Virus record (IMG/VR): IMGVR_UViG_3300036985_005808
Span: 1,932 to 65,931 of that record
Source: a virus
Lineage: Duplodnaviria; Caudoviricetes
Reading direction: 5' to 3' (one strand)
DNA length: 64,000 bases
A program made the position numbers and the translations under genes. Each line of letters opens with the position of its first letter. Within the stretch, counting starts at the first letter, position 1. Of this stretch, positions 1 through 8,583 are shown in pieces. The notes under the pieces are model-generated. The model had not been told where the DNA came from. It saw only the letters and a list, made by a program, of their open reading frames with translations, and ran no database searches.

Positions 1-2
1 GA

Positions 3-512
3 TAACTCTTTTATCTCTGCTGTGGTGTGGCCTATTACACGTACAAATGCGGTTTTAGGAAAATCTTTCATCACAGTCACTAGCTGTCGAACCCAGTTTC
101 CGGTAAATGTAGGGGTTGCTGAGCTTTTTTTGTAGAACTCTGTATTGGCATACACATTGTTAAAATGATTGTTTACTGGCCCCATGTCAAATCCCACCAG
201 ATACATGATCACACACCCATCCAGGGCTGCTATACTGGCTGCCAACGGACCAGAACTATAACCAAAATACTTTTGTGGCACTGGTCGAGCCCCAGACCCA
301 GATTCTGGACGACGAGTGTAAAACTTGTGTTTGAGTGCATAGCCTGAATCTTGTATGCGTCGGCTGATGGGACTATCTGTGCTGATCAACACTGTGGGAG
401 TGAAATCTCTGTACAATGCATTACATCCGTAGATGGGTCCAAAATGTTTTAGATTGTTTAGATCCACATCCTGACGGCTCACTCCATTGCCCAATACAAA
501 TGCTCTGCTCAT
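3..512 (-). CDS. Partial CDS (runs off the left end, absent from ORF track): conserved phage protein, DUF115/Maf/CstII-like glycosyltransferase-type fold
   Basis: Manual translation from ATG at 512: MSRAFVLGNGVSRQDVDL...IYGCNALYRDFTP...YSSGPLAA...MYLVGFDMG...; the GNGxS, GCN and LxGFD motifs are typical of DUF115/GT42-like proteins; open to the window edge. Confidence 0.6.
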   Translation of the reverse strand, partial: MSRAFVLGNGVSRQDVDLNNLKHFGPIYGCNALYRDFTPTVLISTDSPISRRIQDSGYALKHKFYTRRPESGSGARPVPQKYFGYSSGPLAASIAALDGCVIMYLVGFDMGPVNNHFNNVYANTEFYKKSSATPTFTGNWVRQLVTVMKDFPKTAFVRVIGHTTAEIKEL

Positions 513-545
513 AAAAAAATCCCCCCAGTATGTATCTGAGGGGAT
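513..545 (-). terminator. Intrinsic terminator downstream of the 564..1334 gene
   Basis: Minus strand ATCCCCTCAG-ATACATA-CTGGGGGGAT (10-bp stem, one G.U) followed by a T run. Confidence 0.7.
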
Positions 546-563
546 GTAAACTAGTTACAAATA

Positions 564-1334
564 TCAAGAAGTAACGTTGGCAATCTGTGCCAATTGTACC
601 GAGCCGTTGGCAGCATCTGCTCCGGCAATAATTTCGGCGCCAGACCAGGTCACTGTGCCTTCATCTGTGAAGAAGTTGGTCACATAGTAATTCTCACTGC
701 TTTGAACATTCACACCAGTATTGGAATCACTGTAGTTGCCGTAGGTCATGCCGTTCCAATCACGTACCCACTTGTTGGTGATATAGCTGGCATATACTGC
801 ACTACTATCACCCACTGAGTACTCAATACTCATGAAGCCAGCACCCGGAGTTGCGCTATTTTCCAGCACACATTGTCCTACTGGATATGCAGTGCCTGTA
901 CCAGACCCCACCCCAGTTGCTGTGAAAATGTCGCCGGCGCCGGCATTTGTAGGAGCACCAATGGCAGCCCAATCGGTTGAGCCAGCTGAGGCAATTTGAT
1001 AGGCTTGTCCAGTAATTAGACTTTCGTCAGCAGTGGTGCTGGCGGTGTATGCCACCAAAAATTTGTGTGAACCTTTTTGGCGTATGATGCGTCCTGCACC
1101 TGCTGTGGTATCGGTACCATCTGCCAGTGATATATTGACCACTGCTGCAATTTCTGGATTGGTTGCAGTGGCTGTACTGGTGGCCGGCGAACCACCCACC
1201 ACACCTAGGTAATCGGCAGCACTGAGTGTGTCGGCACTGTTGACCACTGGGTTGGTTAATGATCCAAAGTTAGGATATCCAGCATCAGTCAAAATGCTGT
1301 TGTTTGTTTTTTGAATTTTAAGAGCTCGTCCCAT
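564..1334 (-). CDS. Putative virion structural protein
   Basis: 256 aa, Thr/Ala/Gly/Ser-rich; AAGGA RBS and upstream TATAAATA late promoter; shares a ~45-aa module with the 4936-aa protein. Confidence 0.6.
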   Translation of the reverse strand: MGRALKIQKTNNSILTDAGYPNFGSLTNPVVNSADTLSAADYLGVVGGSPATSTATATNPEIAAVVNISLADGTDTTAGAGRIIRQKGSHKFLVAYTASTTADESLITGQAYQIASAGSTDWAAIGAPTNAGAGDIFTATGVGSGTGTAYPVGQCVLENSATPGAGFMSIEYSVGDSSAVYASYITNKWVRDWNGMTYGNYSDSNTGVNVQSSENYYVTNFFTDEGTVTWSGAEIIAGADAANGSVQLAQIANVTS

Positions 1335-1356
1335 TTGTTTTTCCTTTATGTTTATA

Positions 1357-1412
1357 AGGCGTTCTAGGCCTACGCGGTGGGTTACCGCATAAATTCTCCC
1401 AATGAGAATGTA
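1357..1412 (-). promoter_or_regulatory. Candidate structured 5' leader (three hairpins) of the 564..1334 gene
   Basis: Minus strand ATTCTC/GAGAAT, TTATGCGG/CCGCGTAG and AGGC/GCCT stems between the late promoter and the RBS. Confidence 0.55.
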
Positions 1413-1417
1413 TTGAC

Positions 1418-1425
1418 TATTTATA
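1418..1425 (-). promoter_or_regulatory. T4-type late promoter TATAAATA
   Basis: Exact T4 gp55 consensus upstream of a structural gene; gp55 is encoded in the window. Confidence 0.8.
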
Positions 1426-1472
1426 GATATGTTAAAATTATATCACCTCACACGATCATTGTAAATACTATC

Positions 1473-2621
1473 ATGAACGCATCAGATCTTATAGAGCAGG
1501 GCAATCAACACCGTGCTAACAATCAACCAGAAAAAGCATTAGAATGTTATGCATTGGCATTTAGTCGTGATCGTAATCAGACATCTGCATTCAATAACTA
1601 TGGCAATGTACTACGTGAAGTAGGAGAGCCCCAAGCTGCTATTCCATTTTTGCAACGAGCAATTCAACTGCACCCAACTGGTGTTGTGGCTAAATTTAAT
1701 CTTGCTGTGGCCCAATTGTTAAGTGGGGACTACAAAAATGGCTGGGCCAATTATGAAATACGCTGGGATTACGAACATTTGGCCGGCACACTACCCAAGT
1801 TTCCTCAACCCAGATGGCGTGGAGAGGATCTCAAAGGCAAAACTATTTTGGTGATGGGCGAACAAGGTCACGGCGATAACATACAGTTTGTTAGATTTCT
1901 GTACAATTTACATGTGATGGGTGCGGAAATTATTCTTCAAGTTACTGATGGGTTGGTTCCATTATTATCACCTAGTAATATTATCAAACGTGTTACCATG
2001 TACGATTTCACAGTGACAGATTTTGATTACTGGATTCCTATCATGAGTATTGCCGGAGTGTTGGGTATTACTGTGGAAAACTTGCCAAAGACTACAAATT
2101 ATTTAAATGCCGACACAGCGTTACAACAACAATGGCTTGCTCGGTTGGGTCCAAAAAAACGCATGCGGGTGGGTTTTAGTTGGAGTGGCCGGCGTGATGC
2201 GTGGCTTAACATTCACAAAGGTATGCCTTTTGCAGACATGTTGGACATGATTAAATCGTGTCCTAACTATGAATGGGTAAATTTACAAATTGATGCCACC
2301 GCTGAAGAACTAGCCGAATTGGCCGCGGCCGGAGTGTCTCTATATCCTGGTTCTATAACCAGTTTTGCAGATACTGCTGCATTGGTCATGGCCATGGATG
2401 TGGTAGTAAGTGTAGATACTGCAATTGCTCACTTGGCCGGGGCATTGGGACGACCATCTTGGATCATGCTCAATTGGTTTGCTACCGATTGGCGGTGGCT
2501 ATTAAATCGTGATTCAAGCCCATGGTATTCAAATGCAAGATTATTCCGTCAACCGTCAATGGGTGACTGGAAATCAGTCACAAAGAAAATTTCACAATAC
2601 CTGTCATGGTTTAAAGTGTAA
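1473..2621 (+). CDS. TPR-repeat glycosyltransferase (TPR + GT-B/GT9-like domain)
   Basis: N-terminal TPRs (AFNNYGNVLREVG, AKFNLAVAQLL), then EQGHGDNIQFVRF, VGFSWSG, FADTAALVMAMDVVVSVDTAIAHLAGALGRP, DWRW, SPWY; start moved to ATG 1473, just after TAAATA at 1462-1467. Confidence 0.85.
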   Translation: MNASDLIEQGNQHRANNQPEKALECYALAFSRDRNQTSAFNNYGNVLREVGEPQAAIPFLQRAIQLHPTGVVAKFNLAVAQLLSGDYKNGWANYEIRWDYEHLAGTLPKFPQPRWRGEDLKGKTILVMGEQGHGDNIQFVRFLYNLHVMGAEIILQVTDGLVPLLSPSNIIKRVTMYDFTVTDFDYWIPIMSIAGVLGITVENLPKTTNYLNADTALQQQWLARLGPKKRMRVGFSWSGRRDAWLNIHKGMPFADMLDMIKSCPNYEWVNLQIDATAEELAELAAAGVSLYPGSITSFADTAALVMAMDVVVSVDTAIAHLAGALGRPSWIMLNWFATDWRWLLNRDSSPWYSNARLFRQPSMGDWKSVTKKISQYLSWFKV

Positions 2622-2627
2622 GTCAAT

Positions 2628-2652
2628 AAAAAACGCCCCGAAGGGCGTTTTT
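2628..2652. terminator. Bidirectional intrinsic terminator between the convergent GT and major capsid genes
   Basis: AAAAAACGCCC-CGAA-GGGCGTTTTT; A and T runs on both sides; TTCG loop on the minus strand. Confidence 0.9.
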
Positions 2653-2677
2653 GTTGTCCAAATAAATGGATTTTGGA

Positions 2678-3874
2678 TCAGCTGAACGATAAATTGCTGA
2701 CTGCGATTTCTCCCAAATAGTCTCCGGCATTGCCGAACGAACTTGCAGTATTAGTGAGCTCTATGTACCCGTAGCGAGTCATAAAGCTAACCACTGGTTC
2801 AAATGTTGTTGGATCAAGAACAACGCCACTGCTCATCAGGGGAATGTATGGGCAATAGAACGCTGGAGCGTCAGCTTCTGACGAACCTTTGTAACCAACC
2901 AATACAGGTGTTGTATCGCTAGCGTAGCTATCAACAAACACACGCATTGCACCGTTCAATGTACCCACAAACTTGGTGTTTGTAGGTGCTTCGAAGGTAC
3001 CTTCTGTAGTGCGAGCAAAAGCACTAGTAGTTGCACTTTGCAATACTGTGAGTGCAGCCGAACTAACAACAGCGTAGTTACCAGCGCCACGACGTGTACG
3101 TTGGGCGATCAAGTTAGCAACACGATTGATTAGAACTGCCAATGCGGCATGTTCGTCACCAACGAATGTAGCTGTACCACTAACGGTAGCTTGGTTGTAT
3201 GTGAACTCAGTAGCAGCCAATGAGCGCAGACTCAACAGAATCTCTTGGTCAATCTCAGCGGTAATCTCTTGAGCCAGTGCAGCCATAATTTCTGCTTCAA
3301 CGTCAATACCATGCATGGCTTGTGCGTCTTGTGCAGATTCAAATGTCCAACGAGCTTGCAACTTACGAGTTTTAGCTTCAACAGCTTGTTTCAAGATTTG
3401 CACAGAAATTTGCTTACCGCCGTTACCTTCCAGGGTAGCTGTGTTAGCACCAGTGTAAGATGTAGCTGTACTTGTGGCGTTAGGCACAGTAGAGTAAGCA
3501 GTGGCAATTGTGAATGGACTCAATGCTTCCTGGCCAGCTGCAACGCTGGTTGCGGCAGCTGAGTTATCAGTCAATGCCTGGGCATAACGCACACGCAGAG
3601 TGTGAATTTGACCAACAGGACCTGTCATTGGTTGCACACCAACCAACTCGTTAGCGATAACAGTTGGCATGACACGTCGAATCACTGGCAGAATCACACG
3701 GTTTAATGTAGCGATGTTACCAGCACTTGTGGAACCTGCTGACGCATTTTCTTTCAAGTACTTACGGGTGTTCTCAAGGATAACACCCATGCTGTTGCGC
3801 CGATTACCGTTCAGACCTTCAAGCAATGCTTCTTTGGTCTCGTTCCAGCGACTTTCTAATAATTGTTCCGACAT
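2678..3874 (-). CDS. gp23: Major capsid protein (T4 gp23-like)
   Basis: VILPVIRRVMPTVIANELVGVQPMTGPVGQIHTLR, AKTRKLQARWTFESAQD, EITAEIDQEI, YCPYIPL, FMTRYG motifs. Confidence 0.97.
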   Translation of the reverse strand: MSEQLLESRWNETKEALLEGLNGNRRNSMGVILENTRKYLKENASAGSTSAGNIATLNRVILPVIRRVMPTVIANELVGVQPMTGPVGQIHTLRVRYAQALTDNSAAATSVAAGQEALSPFTIATAYSTVPNATSTATSYTGANTATLEGNGGKQISVQILKQAVEAKTRKLQARWTFESAQDAQAMHGIDVEAEIMAALAQEITAEIDQEILLSLRSLAATEFTYNQATVSGTATFVGDEHAALAVLINRVANLIAQRTRRGAGNYAVVSSAALTVLQSATTSAFARTTEGTFEAPTNTKFVGTLNGAMRVFVDSYASDTTPVLVGYKGSSEADAPAFYCPYIPLMSSGVVLDPTTFEPVVSFMTRYGYIELTNTASSFGNAGDYLGEIAVSNLSFS

Positions 3875-3896
3875 TTAAGTCTCCTAAAAATTTAAA

Positions 3897-4991
3897 TTAT
3901 AGTCCAGCCAGACGTTTAAGGTCAATCACATTGCTGCGATCTTCTTGATCAACGTGTTGGGCATGAACTGTTTTATCACCAGTGACTGAGGACACCGTTT
4001 CTTTGAGAACTTTTTGAGCTTTCATTGAGCGGTCTTCCAACACTGCTGGTAGATACTTTTCGAATGCGTTTTTCAAACGATTGGTTTGTACGCTTTCGAG
4101 CAAATTACGCATGATATCTTGCTTTTCCCGATTTAGGGGACGCAATAATTCACCCATTGTGCTGTCACGCTCATTGGATTCTTTAATCATACGCAGTTCG
4201 CGTTCTTTTGACTCCACAACAACTTTTGCTCGTTGTGTGAGTTTGATGGCTTCCGACAATTGCCGATCTTTTCTTGCGATTAAGTTATGCAAATTACGAA
4301 TATCTTGCTTCTCATTCAAGTGAGTTGCTCCAAATTCTGTTGCATATGCTTCAAAGATCCGACGACCAAAATTGTTCTCTCGAGCAACTTTGATATCTTC
4401 TTGCAATTGGGTAAGTTCAGCCTTCAAGTGACGGCTAACAGCTTGACTCATTTTATTTGCACTTTCTTTTACGAAACGTGTTTTGAGACTTTCTAGTTTG
4501 CTACGTGCTTCACGGACCAAGCGGACTTTAGTTTCCACCACATCACGTTTGTCTTTTGCAAACTCTTGGATCTCACGAGCCAATGCATGCACCATAAACG
4601 ACTCAAGTTTTTCAAGTCCTTCTGTGTGCATTTTACGATCTTTACGCAGTTCGCCAATTTCTTCAGCAAGTTTTGTCACTAAAAAGCTATTAAACTTTGT
4701 AGCAGACTCTTTCATCTTGCGTTGGAATCGAACACGATCTTCGGCCAATGATTGCTTTTCAGCAGCCACGCCTTGGATCTCTGTGGTAAGACCATCTGTT
4801 ACCATCTTGTCTAGGGCTTCCACCATTACTGACTTATCGTGCTCATAGCGTTGTGCAAACTCTTCTCTCAGTTCCACACGAGCCTGTTCACGAGCTTCCG
4901 TCAACTTGATTTCCCAAGCTTCGGTAATCTCTTTACGAGTTTCCTCGGTGATCAGGTCACTATCTAGCAATGGTTTGATAGCATCTAACAT
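3897..4991 (-). CDS. gp22: Prohead core scaffolding protein (gp22-like)
   Basis: Charged coiled-coil protein between protease and capsid genes; GRRIFEAY motif. Confidence 0.85.
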   Translation of the reverse strand: MLDAIKPLLDSDLITEETRKEITEAWEIKLTEAREQARVELREEFAQRYEHDKSVMVEALDKMVTDGLTTEIQGVAAEKQSLAEDRVRFQRKMKESATKFNSFLVTKLAEEIGELRKDRKMHTEGLEKLESFMVHALAREIQEFAKDKRDVVETKVRLVREARSKLESLKTRFVKESANKMSQAVSRHLKAELTQLQEDIKVARENNFGRRIFEAYATEFGATHLNEKQDIRNLHNLIARKDRQLSEAIKLTQRAKVVVESKERELRMIKESNERDSTMGELLRPLNREKQDIMRNLLESVQTNRLKNAFEKYLPAVLEDRSMKAQKVLKETVSSVTGDKTVHAQHVDQEDRSNVIDLKRLAGL

Positions 4992-5003
4992 GCCTAGTTC
5001 TCC

Positions 5004-5639
5004 TTATATTTTGAGATCTCTAATGAGTTTTACAACTTCATTTTTTAGAGATCTCTTCGCTTTGTTGTCTTGCCCGGCGTCTTTTGCTATTTCCAAAAGT
5101 CTATGTCCGTACTTCATATTCATGAGGCCTTCGTAGATTGCTTTGGGGTAAGCATTTGGAGCACTGGGTTGAGCAACTACATCTATAGTGACTATTTCAA
5201 AGTCACTTACATGTCCTGTTCTGTCGTCTACGTTGCCGCTGCCGCGGCTGGATACTCCTAATTTTACTCCCGATGTCAACAAAGTTTTGATCAACTCACC
5301 CATGGGGGTTGGTAAAATCTTCATTTTGCCACATCCTGCATCACCTTCCATCCACATGCCTTCAACATTGGTACACACACGATCTAAATTAATTTTGAGA
5401 TCATCTGGATGATCCACTTCACCTAGTACCGAATTACCTTCTTTGATCTGCTGATTTATAGTGCTTACTGCTTTGCTAATTTCATGCAATGGATATATTC
5501 TATCATTGGCATTGCGTTTGTTACCTTCAATGCATATGCCTTTGAGGTAGAGACTCTTACCGTGACCATCTGGTCCAGCTTCTTCTAACAGCTGAATTTT
5601 GGCTTGGTTAAAAGTAAGATGTTCTCTCAGCGTTTTCAT
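5004..5639 (-). CDS. gp21: Prohead core protease (gp21-like)
   Basis: NANDRIYP, LGEVDHP, ILPTPMG, LGVSSRGSG, DVVAQPSAPNAY motifs. Confidence 0.95.
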   Translation of the reverse strand: MKTLREHLTFNQAKIQLLEEAGPDGHGKSLYLKGICIEGNKRNANDRIYPLHEISKAVSTINQQIKEGNSVLGEVDHPDDLKINLDRVCTNVEGMWMEGDAGCGKMKILPTPMGELIKTLLTSGVKLGVSSRGSGNVDDRTGHVSDFEIVTIDVVAQPSAPNAYPKAIYEGLMNMKYGHRLLEIAKDAGQDNKAKRSLKNEVVKLIRDLKI

Positions 5640-5642
5640 TGT

Positions 5643-6470
5643 TTAACCACGTGCCAACGGACTTTTTGTATTAACCCCAGTGGCCTGAGATAAATGGGGT
5701 TTGTTAGCTGGCTTTAAATTTTGCGTGGCTTGTGCTGGCGAATTGCCTACTTTACCAATCAAATCTTTAGTTTGATTGCTGTAAGCACCGGCTGCATCAT
5801 GCTTGCCACCTTCGGCTGCTCCAGTACGCACTGGCTTCACACTGTTACCAATTGGTCCTTTTGCACCAGCATTAGCTGCCACAGTGGACTTTTTATTAAC
5901 ACCGCCTTCTTCCGAAGTAACTGGTTTAGGTGCGGCTTTCAATGTCACGGCTTCCATCATGCCCATGTTGTCCATCTCTCCAGTATCATCCATTTCAATG
6001 GCATCACCACCTTCTTCTGGACCAAAATCATCGCCATTGCCACCCATGTCATCACCACCACCCATGAGGTCTTCAAACTCGGCCATTAACTGGTCCAGTT
6101 TGTCTTCTAAATTCATAATATCATCTTTAGTGGCTGGTTCAGTTCCACCTTCGTCACCACCCATGGAGAATTCATCGCCGCCATCATCTGTGGCAAATTC
6201 GTCATCAACGGGTTCTTCGTCTCCCATTTCTTCATCATCTTCCATATTCATGTCGTCTTGCTCTTCAGTTTCGACATCGCTGATAAGTTGACCAGAGGCA
6301 CCGGCGTCATCAAACCCTTCGTCAATTTCTTCTTCGACTTCTTCATCTGCGGCCATGATGTCTTCGTAGATTTTACGACTTTTTTCCACAACAATGTCAT
6401 GGAAAAGTTCACGAGCTTTTTGCTCTTCATCATTGATCACATATTCAATCAATTGTTCAAAACGGTTCAT
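5643..6470 (-). CDS. Highly acidic prohead core protein (positional analogue of T4 gp67/gp68)
   Basis: D/E-rich 275 aa between portal and protease; AGGAG RBS; TAAATA box at 6501-6506. Confidence 0.6.
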   Translation of the reverse strand: MNRFEQLIEYVINDEEQKARELFHDIVVEKSRKIYEDIMAADEEVEEEIDEGFDDAGASGQLISDVETEEQDDMNMEDDEEMGDEEPVDDEFATDDGGDEFSMGGDEGGTEPATKDDIMNLEDKLDQLMAEFEDLMGGGDDMGGNGDDFGPEEGGDAIEMDDTGEMDNMGMMEAVTLKAAPKPVTSEEGGVNKKSTVAANAGAKGPIGNSVKPVRTGAAEGGKHDAAGAYSNQTKDLIGKVGNSPAQATQNLKPANKPHLSQATGVNTKSPLARG

Positions 6471-6561
6471 ATGGAAACTCCTATAGGTAAAGTGTAATGT
6501 TATTTACACATGATAGGAAATATTAGCGGTTTAAGACATCAAAACGATGATAAATGCTAAC

Positions 6562-6777
6562 TTAGATTGGAGCAGCGGGGATTGCGTATTGTTGTCGTAC
6601 CAATTTGAGTTTTTCTTTAAACTCATAGGTACGTACATCATTCATCTTGCGTAACTTGTTCAGTTGACGCAAGGTGAGGCGACTCTTACGCAGGTCGCCC
6701 AATTGTGGTTGGCTGTTGTCTTGTGGCAAATCCTGATAAGCTTCAGGTTCTTTGTGCCAAAATTCTGTTAGTAACAT
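6562..6777 (-). CDS. Small conserved head-module protein
   Basis: 71 aa, RLTLRQLNKLRKM...QQY; TATAAATA at 6783-6790. Confidence 0.7.
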   Translation of the reverse strand: MLLTEFWHKEPEAYQDLPQDNSQPQLGDLRKSRLTLRQLNKLRKMNDVRTYEFKEKLKLVRQQYAIPAAPI

Positions 6778-6785
6778 ATTGATAT

Positions 6786-8564
6786 TTATACAGGTGGTGG
6801 TGCAACTGCACCTGGGCCCACAGCAGCCGGTGGTGGTCCGCCAAGTTCAGGACCACCTGGCTCTGCCGGAGTCATCCCGGCTATGTCTTCACCTGTGCCA
6901 ATGTCTGTTTCCAAATTAGCCGGCGTAATTCCCACTGAACGTAAATCTTGTCCTGTTGCAGGCTGCATGTCAGGATCATCTCGTTCTTCTCTCCATAACT
7001 TTTCGTTCTTACTAATTTCGTCTTCAGTCAGTCCCAGGAACCGTTCTAACATAAATCGCTTGCTCATGTATGGCAACGGTTCCATGCTAGTAAATGCTTG
7101 AATACGAGTGTTGTCCAATTCACTTTGACGATAACTAGCAAAGTTTTGAGGTGCATTAAACTTGATTGAAAACAAACCAGAATCTATGTTGAACCCACGC
7201 CATTTCATAAACATCTTGAATTCGTCGTCTAATTTCTGACATACCAATGCTTGTAACCGTTCACAATACTGGTTAAATCTATACTCTTGTATGAGTGCTG
7301 TGCCTACTTTTCCGTCGGTCATTGTACGATCAGAGTCGTCCGGACCAGTGGGCAAGTAGCTGGATGGCACACGCAAACCACGGGCCATCTTGTTGTTAAA
7401 ATACTTTAAATCGTCAATTTCGCCCAAGTTTTGACCACCTGGAAGTGTATCAACTGAGCTGCCACGACCATCTGCTGTCTGAGGAAAAAAGTAGTCTTCA
7501 TTTATACTGAGTGGATTGTAGCTGGCATCCATCATGTTTGCACCGCCGCCATTCACTGTGGGAATTCTGCGTTGATGCATTTCATTTTTGATACGCTCAA
7601 CAAACTGCATGGCCAAATGGCTGGGCATGTTGCCCACATCAATCTTGAAAATTCTACGTTCCGGGGCACGACTTACCCGATAGATCAATATACTGTCTTC
7701 CAACAGTTCTTTTTGCTTGAACACTTTGTAAATGTTTTCTAGAATACTCTTGCCAAATGGCCAGAACACATCAAGCCCTTCATTCAAACTCATATGCACC
7801 ACATGCTTGGAATCCAAACAAACTTCATTCATGGCCTGCATGAAACGACTGTTACCGGTGCCGCCCCCACCTCCACCTGAGCCGGGCATGGTATAATTTG
7901 TGTTACCGGCTACTGATCCAGTTGTAGGATTGGTCAAGTAATCAGTTGTGGTTTTTGCTGCTACAGTCATGTTTTGAAAATTTGGATTGATATCACGAAT
8001 TATGTACTGCTCAGGCCGTTTGCCTTCACTCTCGTTCACAATCACACGAGCAACTTTTGTCATGTCCACCCACATCATTTCAAATGTTTCTGGATCACGT
8101 ACAAACACTTGATCACCGTACTTGATTGTGTTTCGGAACAGTTTGAAAATACGTTGATCTAATTTGTTCAGCTTGACCCACTGTTGCAGTTGTTTTTTGA
8201 CAATGTCAATTTCGTGATCAGTGGGAGTGTCGTTGTATTTGATTTCAAACGGAGTTGAATTTTGTTCGTTCATCTGCGTGGAAAATTCAGCAATAATATC
8301 CAAACATGCATTAATTTCAGAATCCATATCCATAGCTTCGTATTGGTTATAACGTTCAATACGATTGGGATGACCAGAGTATACTTCTGGCAATCGACTG
8401 GCATAGTTGCGATACACCATATCTGCCGGGTAGTTGTCGGCCCCGTTGTTCTTTCCGTATTTAGGAAAGCCGTCGGCATTGCGTCCAGAAATAGGACTCA
8501 GTTGTCCTGACGTATCAGCGACCTTGAAATACTTACGCCATCCAGGGGATTGTTTTTCTGCCAT
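6786..8564 (-). CDS. gp20: Portal vertex protein (gp20-like)
   Basis: LLEDSILIYRVSRAPERRIFKIDVGNMP, EDYFFP, TLPGGQNLGEIDDLKYF, LRVPSSYL motifs. Confidence 0.96.
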   Translation of the reverse strand: MAEKQSPGWRKYFKVADTSGQLSPISGRNADGFPKYGKNNGADNYPADMVYRNYASRLPEVYSGHPNRIERYNQYEAMDMDSEINACLDIIAEFSTQMNEQNSTPFEIKYNDTPTDHEIDIVKKQLQQWVKLNKLDQRIFKLFRNTIKYGDQVFVRDPETFEMMWVDMTKVARVIVNESEGKRPEQYIIRDINPNFQNMTVAAKTTTDYLTNPTTGSVAGNTNYTMPGSGGGGGGTGNSRFMQAMNEVCLDSKHVVHMSLNEGLDVFWPFGKSILENIYKVFKQKELLEDSILIYRVSRAPERRIFKIDVGNMPSHLAMQFVERIKNEMHQRRIPTVNGGGANMMDASYNPLSINEDYFFPQTADGRGSSVDTLPGGQNLGEIDDLKYFNNKMARGLRVPSSYLPTGPDDSDRTMTDGKVGTALIQEYRFNQYCERLQALVCQKLDDEFKMFMKWRGFNIDSGLFSIKFNAPQNFASYRQSELDNTRIQAFTSMEPLPYMSKRFMLERFLGLTEDEISKNEKLWREERDDPDMQPATGQDLRSVGITPANLETDIGTGEDIAGMTPAEPGGPELGGPPPAAVGPGAVAPPPV

Positions 8565-8583
8565 AGTGAGTTATTTACCGGGA

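Noticed and set aside
165-347. 60-aa plus-strand ORF
   Set aside because: Antisense to the partial minus-strand CDS starting at 512, which carries recognisable motifs
1377-1472. N-terminal extensions in the ORF track (1377; likewise 14859, 17722, 31314, 58097)
   Set aside because: They overlap promoters or neighbouring genes; downstream ATGs fit promoter spacing or coupling better
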